Both the position numbers and the translations under genes were made by a program. Below are positions 9,708 through 18,454 of a stretch of 32,000 nt of DNA, piece by piece (position 1 is the stretch's first letter; the number at the start of each line of letters is the position of its first letter). The notes below the pieces were generated by a model. The model saw nothing but the letters and a program-made list of their open reading frames with translations, made no database searches and was not told where the DNA came from. This DNA comes from Candidatus Saccharimonadota bacterium (lineage in GTDB: Bacteria; Bacteroidota; Bacteroidia; Cytophagales; Amoebophilaceae). The stretch covers positions 570,001 through 602,000 of the forward strand of contig NZ_OZ239769.1 in assembly GCF_965196625.1 (NCBI RefSeq). The letters are read 5' to 3'.

Positions 9708-10937
9708 ATGTTTTCTACACGTCCTTTAGATATAGGCCAGATTAGGGCTTTTTTTCCTATTCTCAATCAACAGGTTTACAATACACCCTTGGTCTATTTG
9801 GACAATGCCGCTACGGTGCACAAGCCCTTTTCAGTCATAGATCGTGCCACCCATTTTTATCAGCAGGATAATGCCAATATTCACCGTGGTATGTATGCTT
9901 TGGCCACGCGTTCTACTACCGCTTTAGAGCAGACCCGCCTAGCGGTACAAAAGTTTATACATGCCCCTGAGGTAGAAAATATTGTTTTTACGTCAGGTAC
10001 TACAGAAGGGCTCAACTTAATTGCGGCCACTTATGGCGCAATGGTAGTAGGGGTAGGGGATGAAGTAGTGGTTTCTGAAATGGAGCATCATGCCAACCTC
10101 ATTCCTTGGCAACGCCTTTGTAAGCAACAAAAAGCTATTTTAAGGGTGATACCCATAGATGAACAAGGGCAATTGGATCTAACCCATTTTTCCTTTACAA
10201 ATCGCACTAAAATCGTGGCATTAAGTTATGTATCCAATACACTAGGCACCATTAACCCCATTCAAACCATTATAGAACAAGCCCATGAAAAAGGCGCCAT
10301 TGTCGTCATCGATGGGGCACAAGCGGTAGCCCATATGCCCATTAACGTTACGGATTTGGATTGTGATTTTTTTGTCTTTTCTGCCCATAAAATGTATGGG
10401 CTTACTGGGTGCGGCATTCTATATGGTAAAAAAAAGTGGTTAGAAGCGATGCCACCCTATCAGACAGGTGGTGGAATGGTCAAACAAGTTACCTTGACAG
10501 AAACCATCTACCACGATCCCCCCTATAAATTTGAAGCAGGCACGCCGCCATTGGCTTCTATTATCTCTTTTTCAGAAGCACTCAAGTTTATTTTAAGTGT
10601 AGGCCATTCCAGGCTAGCTGTCCATGAAGAAAGCTTACTAGTCTATGCATTGGCTGGCTTATCGCGTATGCCAGAGGTAAAATTGGTCGGTACTGCTGCC
10701 CATAAAGTAGGTATTATTGCTTTTAACTTAACCAATATGCACCACTTAGATGTAGGTCTATTTTTAGATGCCAAAGGGATTGCCGTTCGTACAGGCCATT
10801 GTTGTACCCAACCCCTTATGGAACGATTTGGGATAGAAGGCGTAGTACGTATTTCTTTTGCAGTATATAATACCATTGAAGAAATAGATCTGTTTTTAGA
10901 AGCATTGCAGCAGGTTATTTATAAAGGAAACCGTTAA
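9708..10937 (+). CDS. sufS: Cysteine desulfurase SufS (class V aminotransferase, group II)
   Basis: YLDNAAT...ANIHRG, PLP-lysine context FSAHKMYG, and active-site loop RTGHCCTQPL. Confidence 0.93.
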   Translation: MFSTRPLDIGQIRAFFPILNQQVYNTPLVYLDNAATVHKPFSVIDRATHFYQQDNANIHRGMYALATRSTTALEQTRLAVQKFIHAPEVENIVFTSGTTEGLNLIAATYGAMVVGVGDEVVVSEMEHHANLIPWQRLCKQQKAILRVIPIDEQGQLDLTHFSFTNRTKIVALSYVSNTLGTINPIQTIIEQAHEKGAIVVIDGAQAVAHMPINVTDLDCDFFVFSAHKMYGLTGCGILYGKKKWLEAMPPYQTGGGMVKQVTLTETIYHDPPYKFEAGTPPLASIISFSEALKFILSVGHSRLAVHEESLLVYALAGLSRMPEVKLVGTAAHKVGIIAFNLTNMHHLDVGLFLDAKGIAVRTGHCCTQPLMERFGIEGVVRISFAVYNTIEEIDLFLEALQQVIYKGNR

Positions 10938-10938
10938 T

Positions 10939-11382
10939 ATGGTAAAAATAGGATTTAAGACCATTGATCAACACCAAGATGAAATCATAGATGCCTTTAG
11001 CACCTTGTCTGATGATAGAATCGCGATGTTGGATTATCTTATTGATTTGGGCCATACACTGGCCCCTATTGACCCCTTGTATAAGACAGATGGCTACTTG
11101 GTACAAGGCTGCATGTCTAAGGTATGGGTAGCCGATACCCTTATACAGGGACGATTGTTTTTTCAAGCCGATAGCAATACCGCTATTACAAAAGGATTAA
11201 TTAGTTTGCTGTTGAAGCTATTTTCTGGCCAATCTGTACAAGCTATTGTAGAGGCCGATCTATACTTTATAGAAGCCATTGGCATCCGTTCATTGATCGG
11301 GTTCCAGCGCGCCAGTGGGTTGGCCCATATGATTAAAACCTTAAAGGTACGCGGTTTAGCTAGATGTAGTGGCAGCAAATAA
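10939..11382 (+). CDS. sufE: Sulfur acceptor SufE-family protein
   Basis: 147 aa with the conserved Cys context VQGCMSKVWV. It lies directly after sufS. Confidence 0.85.
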   Translation: MVKIGFKTIDQHQDEIIDAFSTLSDDRIAMLDYLIDLGHTLAPIDPLYKTDGYLVQGCMSKVWVADTLIQGRLFFQADSNTAITKGLISLLLKLFSGQSVQAIVEADLYFIEAIGIRSLIGFQRASGLAHMIKTLKVRGLARCSGSK

Positions 11383-11461
11383 TAGACTTTTTTCGCAACT
11401 CGCTTATGGTAAAGTCTAATCTATCATGCCTGATTTTGGGCTCGTTTAACTAGCATGGCAC

Positions 11462-12946
11462 ATGAAAACGTATACTAAAAACTTAGAAGCGGCACCATCT
11501 AATCCATCTGATATGCTGGCTGTTAATGCAAAATATCCCCCGCATGCCCTAGATTTAGAAGAGGGTGTTTTGGGTGCATTGATGTTAGAGAAAGAAGCAT
11601 TGGTGAGTGTGATTGACCTCTTGCGGCCTGAAAGTTTCTATAAAGAATCGCATCAAGAAATCTATCGAGCCATTATACAGCTGTTTAATGATTCAGAGCC
11701 TATAGATATGCTTACGGTAGTCAATCAGCTGCGCAAAGATGGTAAACTGGCTGCAGTAGGCGGAAGCTATTATGTAAGCTACCTCACAACACGCATTAGC
11801 TCTTCAGCCAATATTGAATTTCATGCTAGGGCGATTTTAGAATATGCCATGCGTAGAAAGTTAATAGAAATTTCTACTATGGTTCAAAAGCATGCCTATG
11901 ACCCTACCATGGATGTTTTCAATACTTTAGATCGTACTGAGCAAGCTCTATTTGAAGTTTCTGATGGACATATTCGCAAGAGTTATCTGGAGATGCGTTC
12001 ATTATTGGTAGAGGCTTTTGATAGTTTATCTAATCGTCGCAACCGTTCCAATGGACTTACCGGCATTCCAAGTGGGTTTACTGCTTTAGACCGTATTACC
12101 GCTGGTTGGCAAAAGTTTGATTTGATTATTATTGCCGCTAGGCCTGGTATGGGTAAAACGGCTTTTGTACTCTCTGCTTTACGCAATGCAGCTATAGATT
12201 ATAAGACACCTGTAGCTATTTTTTCCTTAGAAATGGGTGCATTACAGTTGGTTAATCGATTGATATCAGCTGAAGCCGAGCTAGCTGGCGAAAAAATAAA
12301 GCAAGGCAAATTAATGGACCATGAGTGGGAGCAGTTGCTGCATAAGACAGCTGCCCTTTCCAATGCACCCATTTATGTAGATGATACACCAGCCCTTTCT
12401 GTTTTTGAGTTGCGCACCAAATGCAGAAGACTGAAAGCCAAACATGATATTAAATTGGTGGTTATTGACTACTTGCAGCTGATGTCTGGTGATCTTAATA
12501 GAGGAGGAGGGGGCAATCGTGAACAAGAGATTGCTTCGATTTCACGGGCACTGAAAAGCATTGCCAAAGAGTTGGACATTGCCGTAGTGGCACTCTCTCA
12601 GTTAAGCAGGGCTGTAGAAACACGTGGAGGCAGCAAACGGCCCCAACTCTCTGATTTGCGTGAGTCTGGTTCTATTGAACAGGATGCAGATCTGGTTTTG
12701 TTTTTATATAGACCAGAATATTATGGATTAACAGAAGATGAGTCGGGTAATCCTACACAAGGGCTAGCAGAGGTTATTGTGGCCAAGCACCGGAATGGTG
12801 CATTAGATCAGGTTCATTTACAATTTATGGGCCGATATATGAAATTTATGGATGCGGATATGCCGCCTGCTACGGTGCAACCAGAGCAGTTTGTTATCCA
12901 TTCGAGTAAAGCCAACGCATTAGATGATTCATTTGAATTGTTTTGA
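11462..12946 (+). CDS. dnaB: Replicative DNA helicase DnaB
   Basis: PPHALDLEEGVLGALM N-terminal motif, Walker A ARPGMGKTAF, IDYLQLM, SQLSRAVETR and RESGSIEQDADLV. Confidence 0.94.
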   Translation: MKTYTKNLEAAPSNPSDMLAVNAKYPPHALDLEEGVLGALMLEKEALVSVIDLLRPESFYKESHQEIYRAIIQLFNDSEPIDMLTVVNQLRKDGKLAAVGGSYYVSYLTTRISSSANIEFHARAILEYAMRRKLIEISTMVQKHAYDPTMDVFNTLDRTEQALFEVSDGHIRKSYLEMRSLLVEAFDSLSNRRNRSNGLTGIPSGFTALDRITAGWQKFDLIIIAARPGMGKTAFVLSALRNAAIDYKTPVAIFSLEMGALQLVNRLISAEAELAGEKIKQGKLMDHEWEQLLHKTAALSNAPIYVDDTPALSVFELRTKCRRLKAKHDIKLVVIDYLQLMSGDLNRGGGGNREQEIASISRALKSIAKELDIAVVALSQLSRAVETRGGSKRPQLSDLRESGSIEQDADLVLFLYRPEYYGLTEDESGNPTQGLAEVIVAKHRNGALDQVHLQFMGRYMKFMDADMPPATVQPEQFVIHSSKANALDDSFELF

Positions 12947-12997
12947 GCAACAACCTATTTAAAGTTTAGTATAAAAAGGATATTTAAGATAATGGTT

Positions 12998-13028
12998 GCC
13001 ATAATGCTTGTAAGCATTGTGGCATTTT
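12998..13028 (+). terminator. Possible intrinsic terminator after dnaB
   Basis: GCCATAATGCTT-GT-AAGCATTGTGGC is an 11-12 bp stem with one G-U pair, followed by ATTTT. It lies 52 nt after the dnaB stop. Confidence 0.4.
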
Positions 13029-13225
13029 GCATATAGCTTAGCAGCCCTATCAGATTTTAGAATGGACTTGTTTAGTCTATTCGAGGCCTCCTGTATCTTG
13101 TTGCGATATTTGAAAATCGCTTTATTAATTGTATCTACAATATCCTGTATGGATTATTAGCATACTCCATCACTCATGGCCGCCCATAATTTGATACACA
13201 GTAAAAGTAATGGTCATTTCTTTAG

Positions 13226-14422
13226 TTAAATACATTTTTTGGTTATATCTGTACATATGGTGTATTTCATCTTACGTATAAATCTTCCGTATTCAACATA
13301 GGAGTTATTATATTGATTAGCAGCTTGATGAGCGTTCCAAATCATGTCAGTCAGTCTATCCAAAACCTCCTGTATATCTGACTTGGTCATTCTTATGTTA
13401 TTCAGGCAAGTCTTTAGGTAACTCGTGTAACTGTTTGCGGTTGGTTGTGTGGTATGTATCAATGCATTGCAACTATTCAGCATGGTTTGAATGGATGGTA
13501 TGAATTGATCAAAATATTCCGCAAAATGGCGGTAAGCATTTCTGGCATTTTTAGCAGCACTTCTGGCCTCTAAAGTATAATCAAATGCCTGTTCAAGTTC
13601 TTGAAGAGAACAATGATGTGTAAAAACAAATTCCCATACATTTTTACCCTTTTTGTTGGTATCACGCGCTTTTTTAGAAGCATTATATGCATTATTTCGT
13701 AACCATTTAAACGGATCTGTAGTAAAGAATACTGCATCAGTCTTGTAATATTTTGTATCCAATTCATGGATCGTAGCATAAGCGTAGGTTAGTATAGATT
13801 GCAGCATATCCATAACATGGTCACTAGAAGCATGATAGGCAGGCGTAGCATCAGCGTGGTTTAGTAGAAAGTCAGCTATGTGCCTACTATAACTTTTTAC
13901 TATAGTAGGTGCTACACGCTGCAACATGCTGTGGATATAGTTTGTAAGATCGTTTGTGTCAAGAATAAAAGTAGAGTAGTGGATGATAGATTGAGCTATA
14001 TATAGCACATTGCTATTCGCCACAAGCCTAGGCTGTTCTAAAGCGATCTTCATGGCAAGCAGATATTCACATAGTTTATAAGCATACTTTCGGATCTTAG
14101 GCATAATACCTTCTACTTCTACAACCCCAGTAGGTATGACTTGATCAGTAAGGACATCCGCATAGATTTCTATTGCTTTTTTTTGAATATGAGCATATTG
14201 AGCGCTGTAAAGCGGTTTTTTGCATATTTGTTCAGGGAACCTAGCGGTTGTATTTGCGATACTAAAATTAGCACAATATGCGGCTCTATCAGCTTTTTCA
14301 GCGGCAGCCCAATTTTCACTGCTTGTATCACTATTCTGTACGCTACTTATAGGTAGACTACTATTACATGCATGAAGGCATAAGTAGATAAATGCATAAA
14401 GGGATGCGCTCAGAAAAAACAT
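13226..14422 (-). CDS. Orphan hypothetical protein, probable secreted protein or lipoprotein, helical and Cys-containing
   Basis: 398-aa uninterrupted ORF. The N-terminus MFFLSASLYAFIYLCLHAC looks like a signal peptide ending in a Cys. I recognise no family motifs. Confidence 0.65.
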   Translation of the reverse strand: MFFLSASLYAFIYLCLHACNSSLPISSVQNSDTSSENWAAAEKADRAAYCANFSIANTTARFPEQICKKPLYSAQYAHIQKKAIEIYADVLTDQVIPTGVVEVEGIMPKIRKYAYKLCEYLLAMKIALEQPRLVANSNVLYIAQSIIHYSTFILDTNDLTNYIHSMLQRVAPTIVKSYSRHIADFLLNHADATPAYHASSDHVMDMLQSILTYAYATIHELDTKYYKTDAVFFTTDPFKWLRNNAYNASKKARDTNKKGKNVWEFVFTHHCSLQELEQAFDYTLEARSAAKNARNAYRHFAEYFDQFIPSIQTMLNSCNALIHTTQPTANSYTSYLKTCLNNIRMTKSDIQEVLDRLTDMIWNAHQAANQYNNSYVEYGRFIRKMKYTICTDITKKCI

Positions 14423-14634
14423 AGCTTTGTTTTCATAATGGTTTAGCTTAAAAATTGTAAAACAATACCTACCATACAGATGCTAATCTTTACGCACCAA
14501 TAGGAAGCAACCTATTTATGTATAGTAAATTTAAGCCATAATAAATCTGGTATATATTTTTCAATATAACAAGTATACAGTATGGATTTATTTTAAATTA
14601 AATTTAATATGTTTATTATCAATTAAAAGTATGA

Positions 14635-14890
14635 TTACGTATAATACACCCGTTTGACCCTTTGCCCTATTTGGGTAAGCAATTCATAAGAAACGCTCCC
14701 TAGCCGTTCCGCTAGTGCATCTACTGAATGGGCTGGACTAAAAATAATCACTTCATCGCCACGCTTTAATGCCATACCCGTCACATCTACCATAGCCATA
14801 TCCATGCATATATTGCCTATAATAGGACATTTATGACCTTGAATGGCTGCTCTATTTGATAGAGAAAATTTTGCATAGTTGTCATAATTT
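14635..14890 (-). pseudogene. Diverged duplicate of the last ~75-80 codons of alanine racemase (3' end of murF-alr)
   Basis: The minus-strand translation ...AAIQGHKCPIIGNICMDMAMVDVTGMALKRGDEVIIFSPAHSVDALAERLGSVSYELLTQIGQRVKRVYYT* aligns colinearly with the C-terminus of the 882-aa protein (...VVIQGRECPIIGNVCMDMAMVDVTGITLKRGDEVVIFSPEVSIDLLAEELGTISYELLTQISQRVKRIYYT*). Nucleotide identity is roughly 75-80% by eye. There is no start codon and no upstream part. Confidence 0.85.
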
Positions 14891-14996
14891 ATTTAGATTG
14901 CATCTACCTAAGTGGGCGTTTTAACCTAATAGTTTGCAGATATAGGTTTGTTCCTTGAGCTAGTAGTTATATACGCCTAGATCAAAGCCGTATAGT

Positions 14997-15344
14997 ATGA
15001 AAAATTTATTAAAGAGCAGTTTATTTTACTTTTCTATAAGTAGTCTAGTTTTAACTGGATCCAATTGCCCCCGCCGTCCTGATAAGCTAAAATCAAGCCG
15101 ATTAAAGCCATTCTATAGAGATCAATCAAAAACTCCTGCTCAACTACCAGATGGTTCAATAAAAGCAAAAGCTACTCCATCCGATTCATCAGATCTGCCT
15201 AAAAATGATCGGTCTAATGATGATTTGGTATCCTATTCAAAACCTGTAAGCGCAGCTGCTGTTATTCCGCCTGTAGCAGTACAAGCAGGAACAAAGCAGC
15301 AGAAGGAGGGGCAGGATGAACAGGGGCAGGATGACCTCCTGTAG
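14997..15344 (+). CDS. Hypothetical signal-peptide protein with a low-complexity Ser/Pro/Asp/Lys region; ends at a TAG after which the same frame stays open
   Basis: 115-aa ORF starting MKNLLKSSLFYFSISSLVLTGSNC. The frame continues without further stops to 15614. It could be a pseudogene or the first part of a longer product. Confidence 0.45.
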   Translation: MKNLLKSSLFYFSISSLVLTGSNCPRRPDKLKSSRLKPFYRDQSKTPAQLPDGSIKAKATPSDSSDLPKNDRSNDDLVSYSKPVSAAAVIPPVAVQAGTKQQKEGQDEQGQDDLL

Positions 15345-15425
15345 GCGAAGCTGAAGGAGGAGATTCACGAGCTGCGGGAGGAGCTACCTCTCCTGCAGGA
15401 GCGGAAGGAGAGGCTACAGGAGGAG

Positions 15426-15614
15426 GTGAACAAGCTGGCGGATGATCTGTGGTGCCTGGAGAAGTTGGGTAATCAGGAGAAGCTGGAGCAGGTGAAGGCG
15501 CAGATGGAGATTCAGAATGCACTTCTGGATCAGACTGATAGGCTATTGTATTGGAAGCGGAAGAATCTGGAGGATAAGGAGACTCAGGAGAAGTTGCTGC
15601 AGTTGCAGCACTAA
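15426..15614 (+). CDS. G+C-rich leucine-zipper/coiled-coil segment, in frame with 14997-15344 (open from 15345; GTG at 15426 is the first possible start)
   Basis: It is in the same frame as the upstream ORF (15426-14997=429). Heptad Leu pattern, with exclusively G-ending Lys/Glu/Gln codons. Independent translation is uncertain. Confidence 0.35.
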   Translation: MNKLADDLWCLEKLGNQEKLEQVKAQMEIQNALLDQTDRLLYWKRKNLEDKETQEKLLQLQH

Positions 15615-15753
15615 AAGACCCATAAAATGACTATTAAAGATGGTAATAGCACCAAACTCAAGGTATTGTGGCTATTGCTTATGCTATATTGAACATAAAA
15701 TTAGCCTTATGTCTAGAACAGTATATAAGTATATATGCTATAAATCTAGCGGA

Positions 15754-18402
15754 TCAAGTATAATAAATGCGCTTTACCCTTTGGCTTATTTGAGTCAGTA
15801 GCTCATAGGAAATAGTACCTAACTCTTCCGCTAGTAGGTCTATTGAGACTTCTGGACTAAAAATAACCACTTCATCACCGCGTTTTAATGTAATGCCTGT
15901 CACGTCAACCATAGCCATATCCATGCATACATTGCCTATAATAGGACATTCACGACCTTGAATGACTACCCTGCCTCTTCCACAGCCAAATGATCTGCTT
16001 AAACCATCTGCATACCCGATTGCTATAGTAGCAATTGTCATATCCTGTGTAGCTATGGCTTTTCGGTCATATCCTATGCTATCTCCTTTTTGAATCAATT
16101 TGACTTGTGAAATGGTGGTCTTTAGTGTACTGGCTGGCAGTAAATGGGGTTGTATGGTTTCGTCAACCCCTACGCCGTGCAAGCCAATCCCTAGCCGTAC
16201 CATATCCAATTGAAAGGCTGGAAAACGTAGTATCCCATTGGTATTTAAAAGATGCTTTAAAGGATTGATGTGCAGGTGTGATGCGATATAGTCGGCCATT
16301 TTTATAAATTTTTCTGCTTGTAAATGGGTATATGCATCATGTACATCTGCTTGTGCAGCCGCTAAATGGCTAAAAATACTTACTATGTGTAGCGCAGGTA
16401 GTTGTTTACACTGCCTTATAAGTTGGTCCAGCTCTTTTTCTGTTATGCCCAAACGGTGCATACCCGTTTCTAATTTAAGGTGGATGGGCATATATTGAAT
16501 CGATCTTTCTGTTATAAAGCAAGATAAGGCATCCAATAAGGGCAAGCTGTATATTTCTGGTTCTAGATGGTGGTTTAGGATGGCATCAAAGTGGTCATCT
16601 GTTGGGTTCATTACCATAATCGGTAAGGTAATGCCTTTTTGACGCAATGAGATGCCCTCATCCATATAGGCAACTCCTAGGTATTCCACACCATGGCGCT
16701 GTAGTGCGGAAGCTAGTTCAAAGTTACTGCTGTCACTTCCGTAGGTGGAGGCCTTGGCCATAGCCATGATTTTGGTGCCAACTTTTAATTGGCTTCTAAA
16801 ATAGGAGAGGTTGTGCCGAATGGCATGCATATCGATCTCTAAAATGGTTCCATGGTTGTTGTTTTCGATGGCTTGTACGACCCGTTCTAGCCGAAAGGTA
16901 CGTGCCCCTTTTACCAAGATGGTTTCATCTTTAAAGGATGGCTTTTGGGCTATAAAATCTTCTGTGCTATTCAAAAAAATAGTTTCTGGCATGGAAAAAA
17001 GAGCGCTATACTGGCTTATAGTGGGCCCAATACCAATCAATCGATGGATGGCGTGTTTGGCCAATAAGGTAGCTAGTTCCTGATACAGTTGGCCATCAGA
17101 TGTGGCAGATTGGAGCATATCTGATAGAATAACGGTGCGTTTGGTGGGTTGTTGTTGTTGCATAAAATCTAATGCAAGCCTTAGACTGACGATATCATTG
17201 GTGTAGGTGTCATCTATAATCTGACATCGGTGCACACCCGCTTTGAGGGTCATGCGCATCGGTATCGCTTTAAGCTGAAGCAGGGAACGCTGCAGTGGTG
17301 CGGGTTCAAAGCCATTGTTTAATAGGTAGACGAGGCAATGGGTGATGTTTTCTATAGAAGCACTATCCTTAAAAGGGATTGCAAAAGTGTTAGACCTCTT
17401 TCGAAACTCGATTTCTAATGGCCATTTTGGTGTTGAAGCTTGTCTATGCTCCTCAAATACACCTGAGTATTCTGCAGTGCTCGACTGCGCTGCTCCTAAA
17501 AATTGTGCATCACAAATCGCTTTCGAAAGAGGTCTATCGCTTTGGGTTGCTTTGGTAATTTGTAGCGTAGTTTGGTCTGTTTGTGGTTTGCATGTAACCA
17601 GGTAGTCTGCTGTTGGGTTATGAAAAGACCAATTGACCAGTTCCTTTCCCTTTCCATATAACTGATTAAGGGTTAGGTGAACCAGCTGATGGTCTTTACA
17701 ATAGTAAATGGTGGTACAGCTGGTAAATAGTTTTATTTTCTCTTCAATTTTTTGCGTAGTGCTTTGAAAGCCTTGGCTGTGCGCAGCGCCGATGTTGGTC
17801 AGCAGTCCATGGGTTGGTTGAATCAGTGGTGCCAATTTTTCTATTTCACCGGTTTGCGAAATACCTGCTTCAAAAATTCCATATTCATGGTTGGGCTGTA
17901 ACAAACTTATCGCAAGTGGTACACCAATTTGCGCATTATAACTGTGTGGGTTGCTAACGGTTTTGTATTTTCTGGATAGCAATTCATGCATCCACTCTTT
18001 TACAGTCGTTTTGCCATTACTACCGGTAATACCCAATATCGGCAAATGATGTTTTGATCGGTAAAAAGAAATAAATTGGTGTAATGCCTTTAATGTATGG
18101 GGTACTTCTAGAATGTTTACATCGTTGTGTTTTTCTATAATAGTGCTAATAGTGCTGTTATATGGATGGCTTACTACAAATTGGCGTATGCCTTGGTTAT
18201 ACGCTTCTGCTATATAATGATGTCCATTGTGGTTAATGCCCACAATGGCAAAAAAAATAGGAAATGGCGTCAGGGTTTTGCTTCTGCTATCTATGCTTAG
18301 TTCTGTTATGGGCCAATGAGCTGCTTCAGCTATGACTCGGCCACCTGTAACCATTACTAAGTCACTAAAATAGCCAAGGGTGTGTGCAAGGTACATGGTC
18401 AA
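15754..18402 (-). CDS. murF-alr: Bifunctional UDP-MurNAc-tripeptide--D-alanyl-D-alanine ligase (MurF) / alanine racemase (Alr) fusion
   Basis: The N-terminal half has the Mur ligase P-loop GITGSNGKTT. The C-terminal half has the Alr PLP site AMAKASTYGS and C-terminal GNVCMDMAMVDVT. This fusion architecture is known in Bacteroidota. At 882 aa it is about 50-60 aa longer than I expect for the family. Confidence 0.93.
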   Translation of the reverse strand: MTMYLAHTLGYFSDLVMVTGGRVIAEAAHWPITELSIDSRSKTLTPFPIFFAIVGINHNGHHYIAEAYNQGIRQFVVSHPYNSTISTIIEKHNDVNILEVPHTLKALHQFISFYRSKHHLPILGITGSNGKTTVKEWMHELLSRKYKTVSNPHSYNAQIGVPLAISLLQPNHEYGIFEAGISQTGEIEKLAPLIQPTHGLLTNIGAAHSQGFQSTTQKIEEKIKLFTSCTTIYYCKDHQLVHLTLNQLYGKGKELVNWSFHNPTADYLVTCKPQTDQTTLQITKATQSDRPLSKAICDAQFLGAAQSSTAEYSGVFEEHRQASTPKWPLEIEFRKRSNTFAIPFKDSASIENITHCLVYLLNNGFEPAPLQRSLLQLKAIPMRMTLKAGVHRCQIIDDTYTNDIVSLRLALDFMQQQQPTKRTVILSDMLQSATSDGQLYQELATLLAKHAIHRLIGIGPTISQYSALFSMPETIFLNSTEDFIAQKPSFKDETILVKGARTFRLERVVQAIENNNHGTILEIDMHAIRHNLSYFRSQLKVGTKIMAMAKASTYGSDSSNFELASALQRHGVEYLGVAYMDEGISLRQKGITLPIMVMNPTDDHFDAILNHHLEPEIYSLPLLDALSCFITERSIQYMPIHLKLETGMHRLGITEKELDQLIRQCKQLPALHIVSIFSHLAAAQADVHDAYTHLQAEKFIKMADYIASHLHINPLKHLLNTNGILRFPAFQLDMVRLGIGLHGVGVDETIQPHLLPASTLKTTISQVKLIQKGDSIGYDRKAIATQDMTIATIAIGYADGLSRSFGCGRGRVVIQGRECPIIGNVCMDMAMVDVTGITLKRGDEVVIFSPEVSIDLLAEELGTISYELLTQISQRVKRIYYT
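17393..17534. mobile_element. 142-bp segment bounded by 21-22 bp terminal inverted repeats and TA dinucleotides, lying in frame inside murF-alr (MITE-like candidate)
   Basis: Left end GACCTCTTTCGAAACTCGATTT (17393-17414). The reverse complement of the right end (17514-17534) is GACCTCTTTCGAAAGCGATTT. TA lies at 17391-17392 and 17535-17536. 142+2=144 nt, or 48 codons. Confidence 0.4.
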
Positions 18403-18454
18403 CTGGATTTGGTTATGCGATAGATAAAGTGCTGTTTGTCTTGTTTTTTTTGTT

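Noticed and set aside
15342-15344. Stop-codon reassignment of TAG as an explanation for the in-frame TAG
   Set aside because: An intact RF1 gene, which decodes UAG, is present at 21319-22398. TAG also serves as the normal stop of frr (7667-7669) and of the 588-aa gene (5281-5283). Pseudogenisation or occasional read-through is more likely.
15262-15522. 86-aa Pro/Ser/Ala-rich ORF on the minus strand of the G+C-rich block
   Set aside because: It is the expected antisense artefact of a GAG/AAG/CTG-rich coding strand. The plus frame is continuous with the upstream ORF and has a regular heptad pattern.
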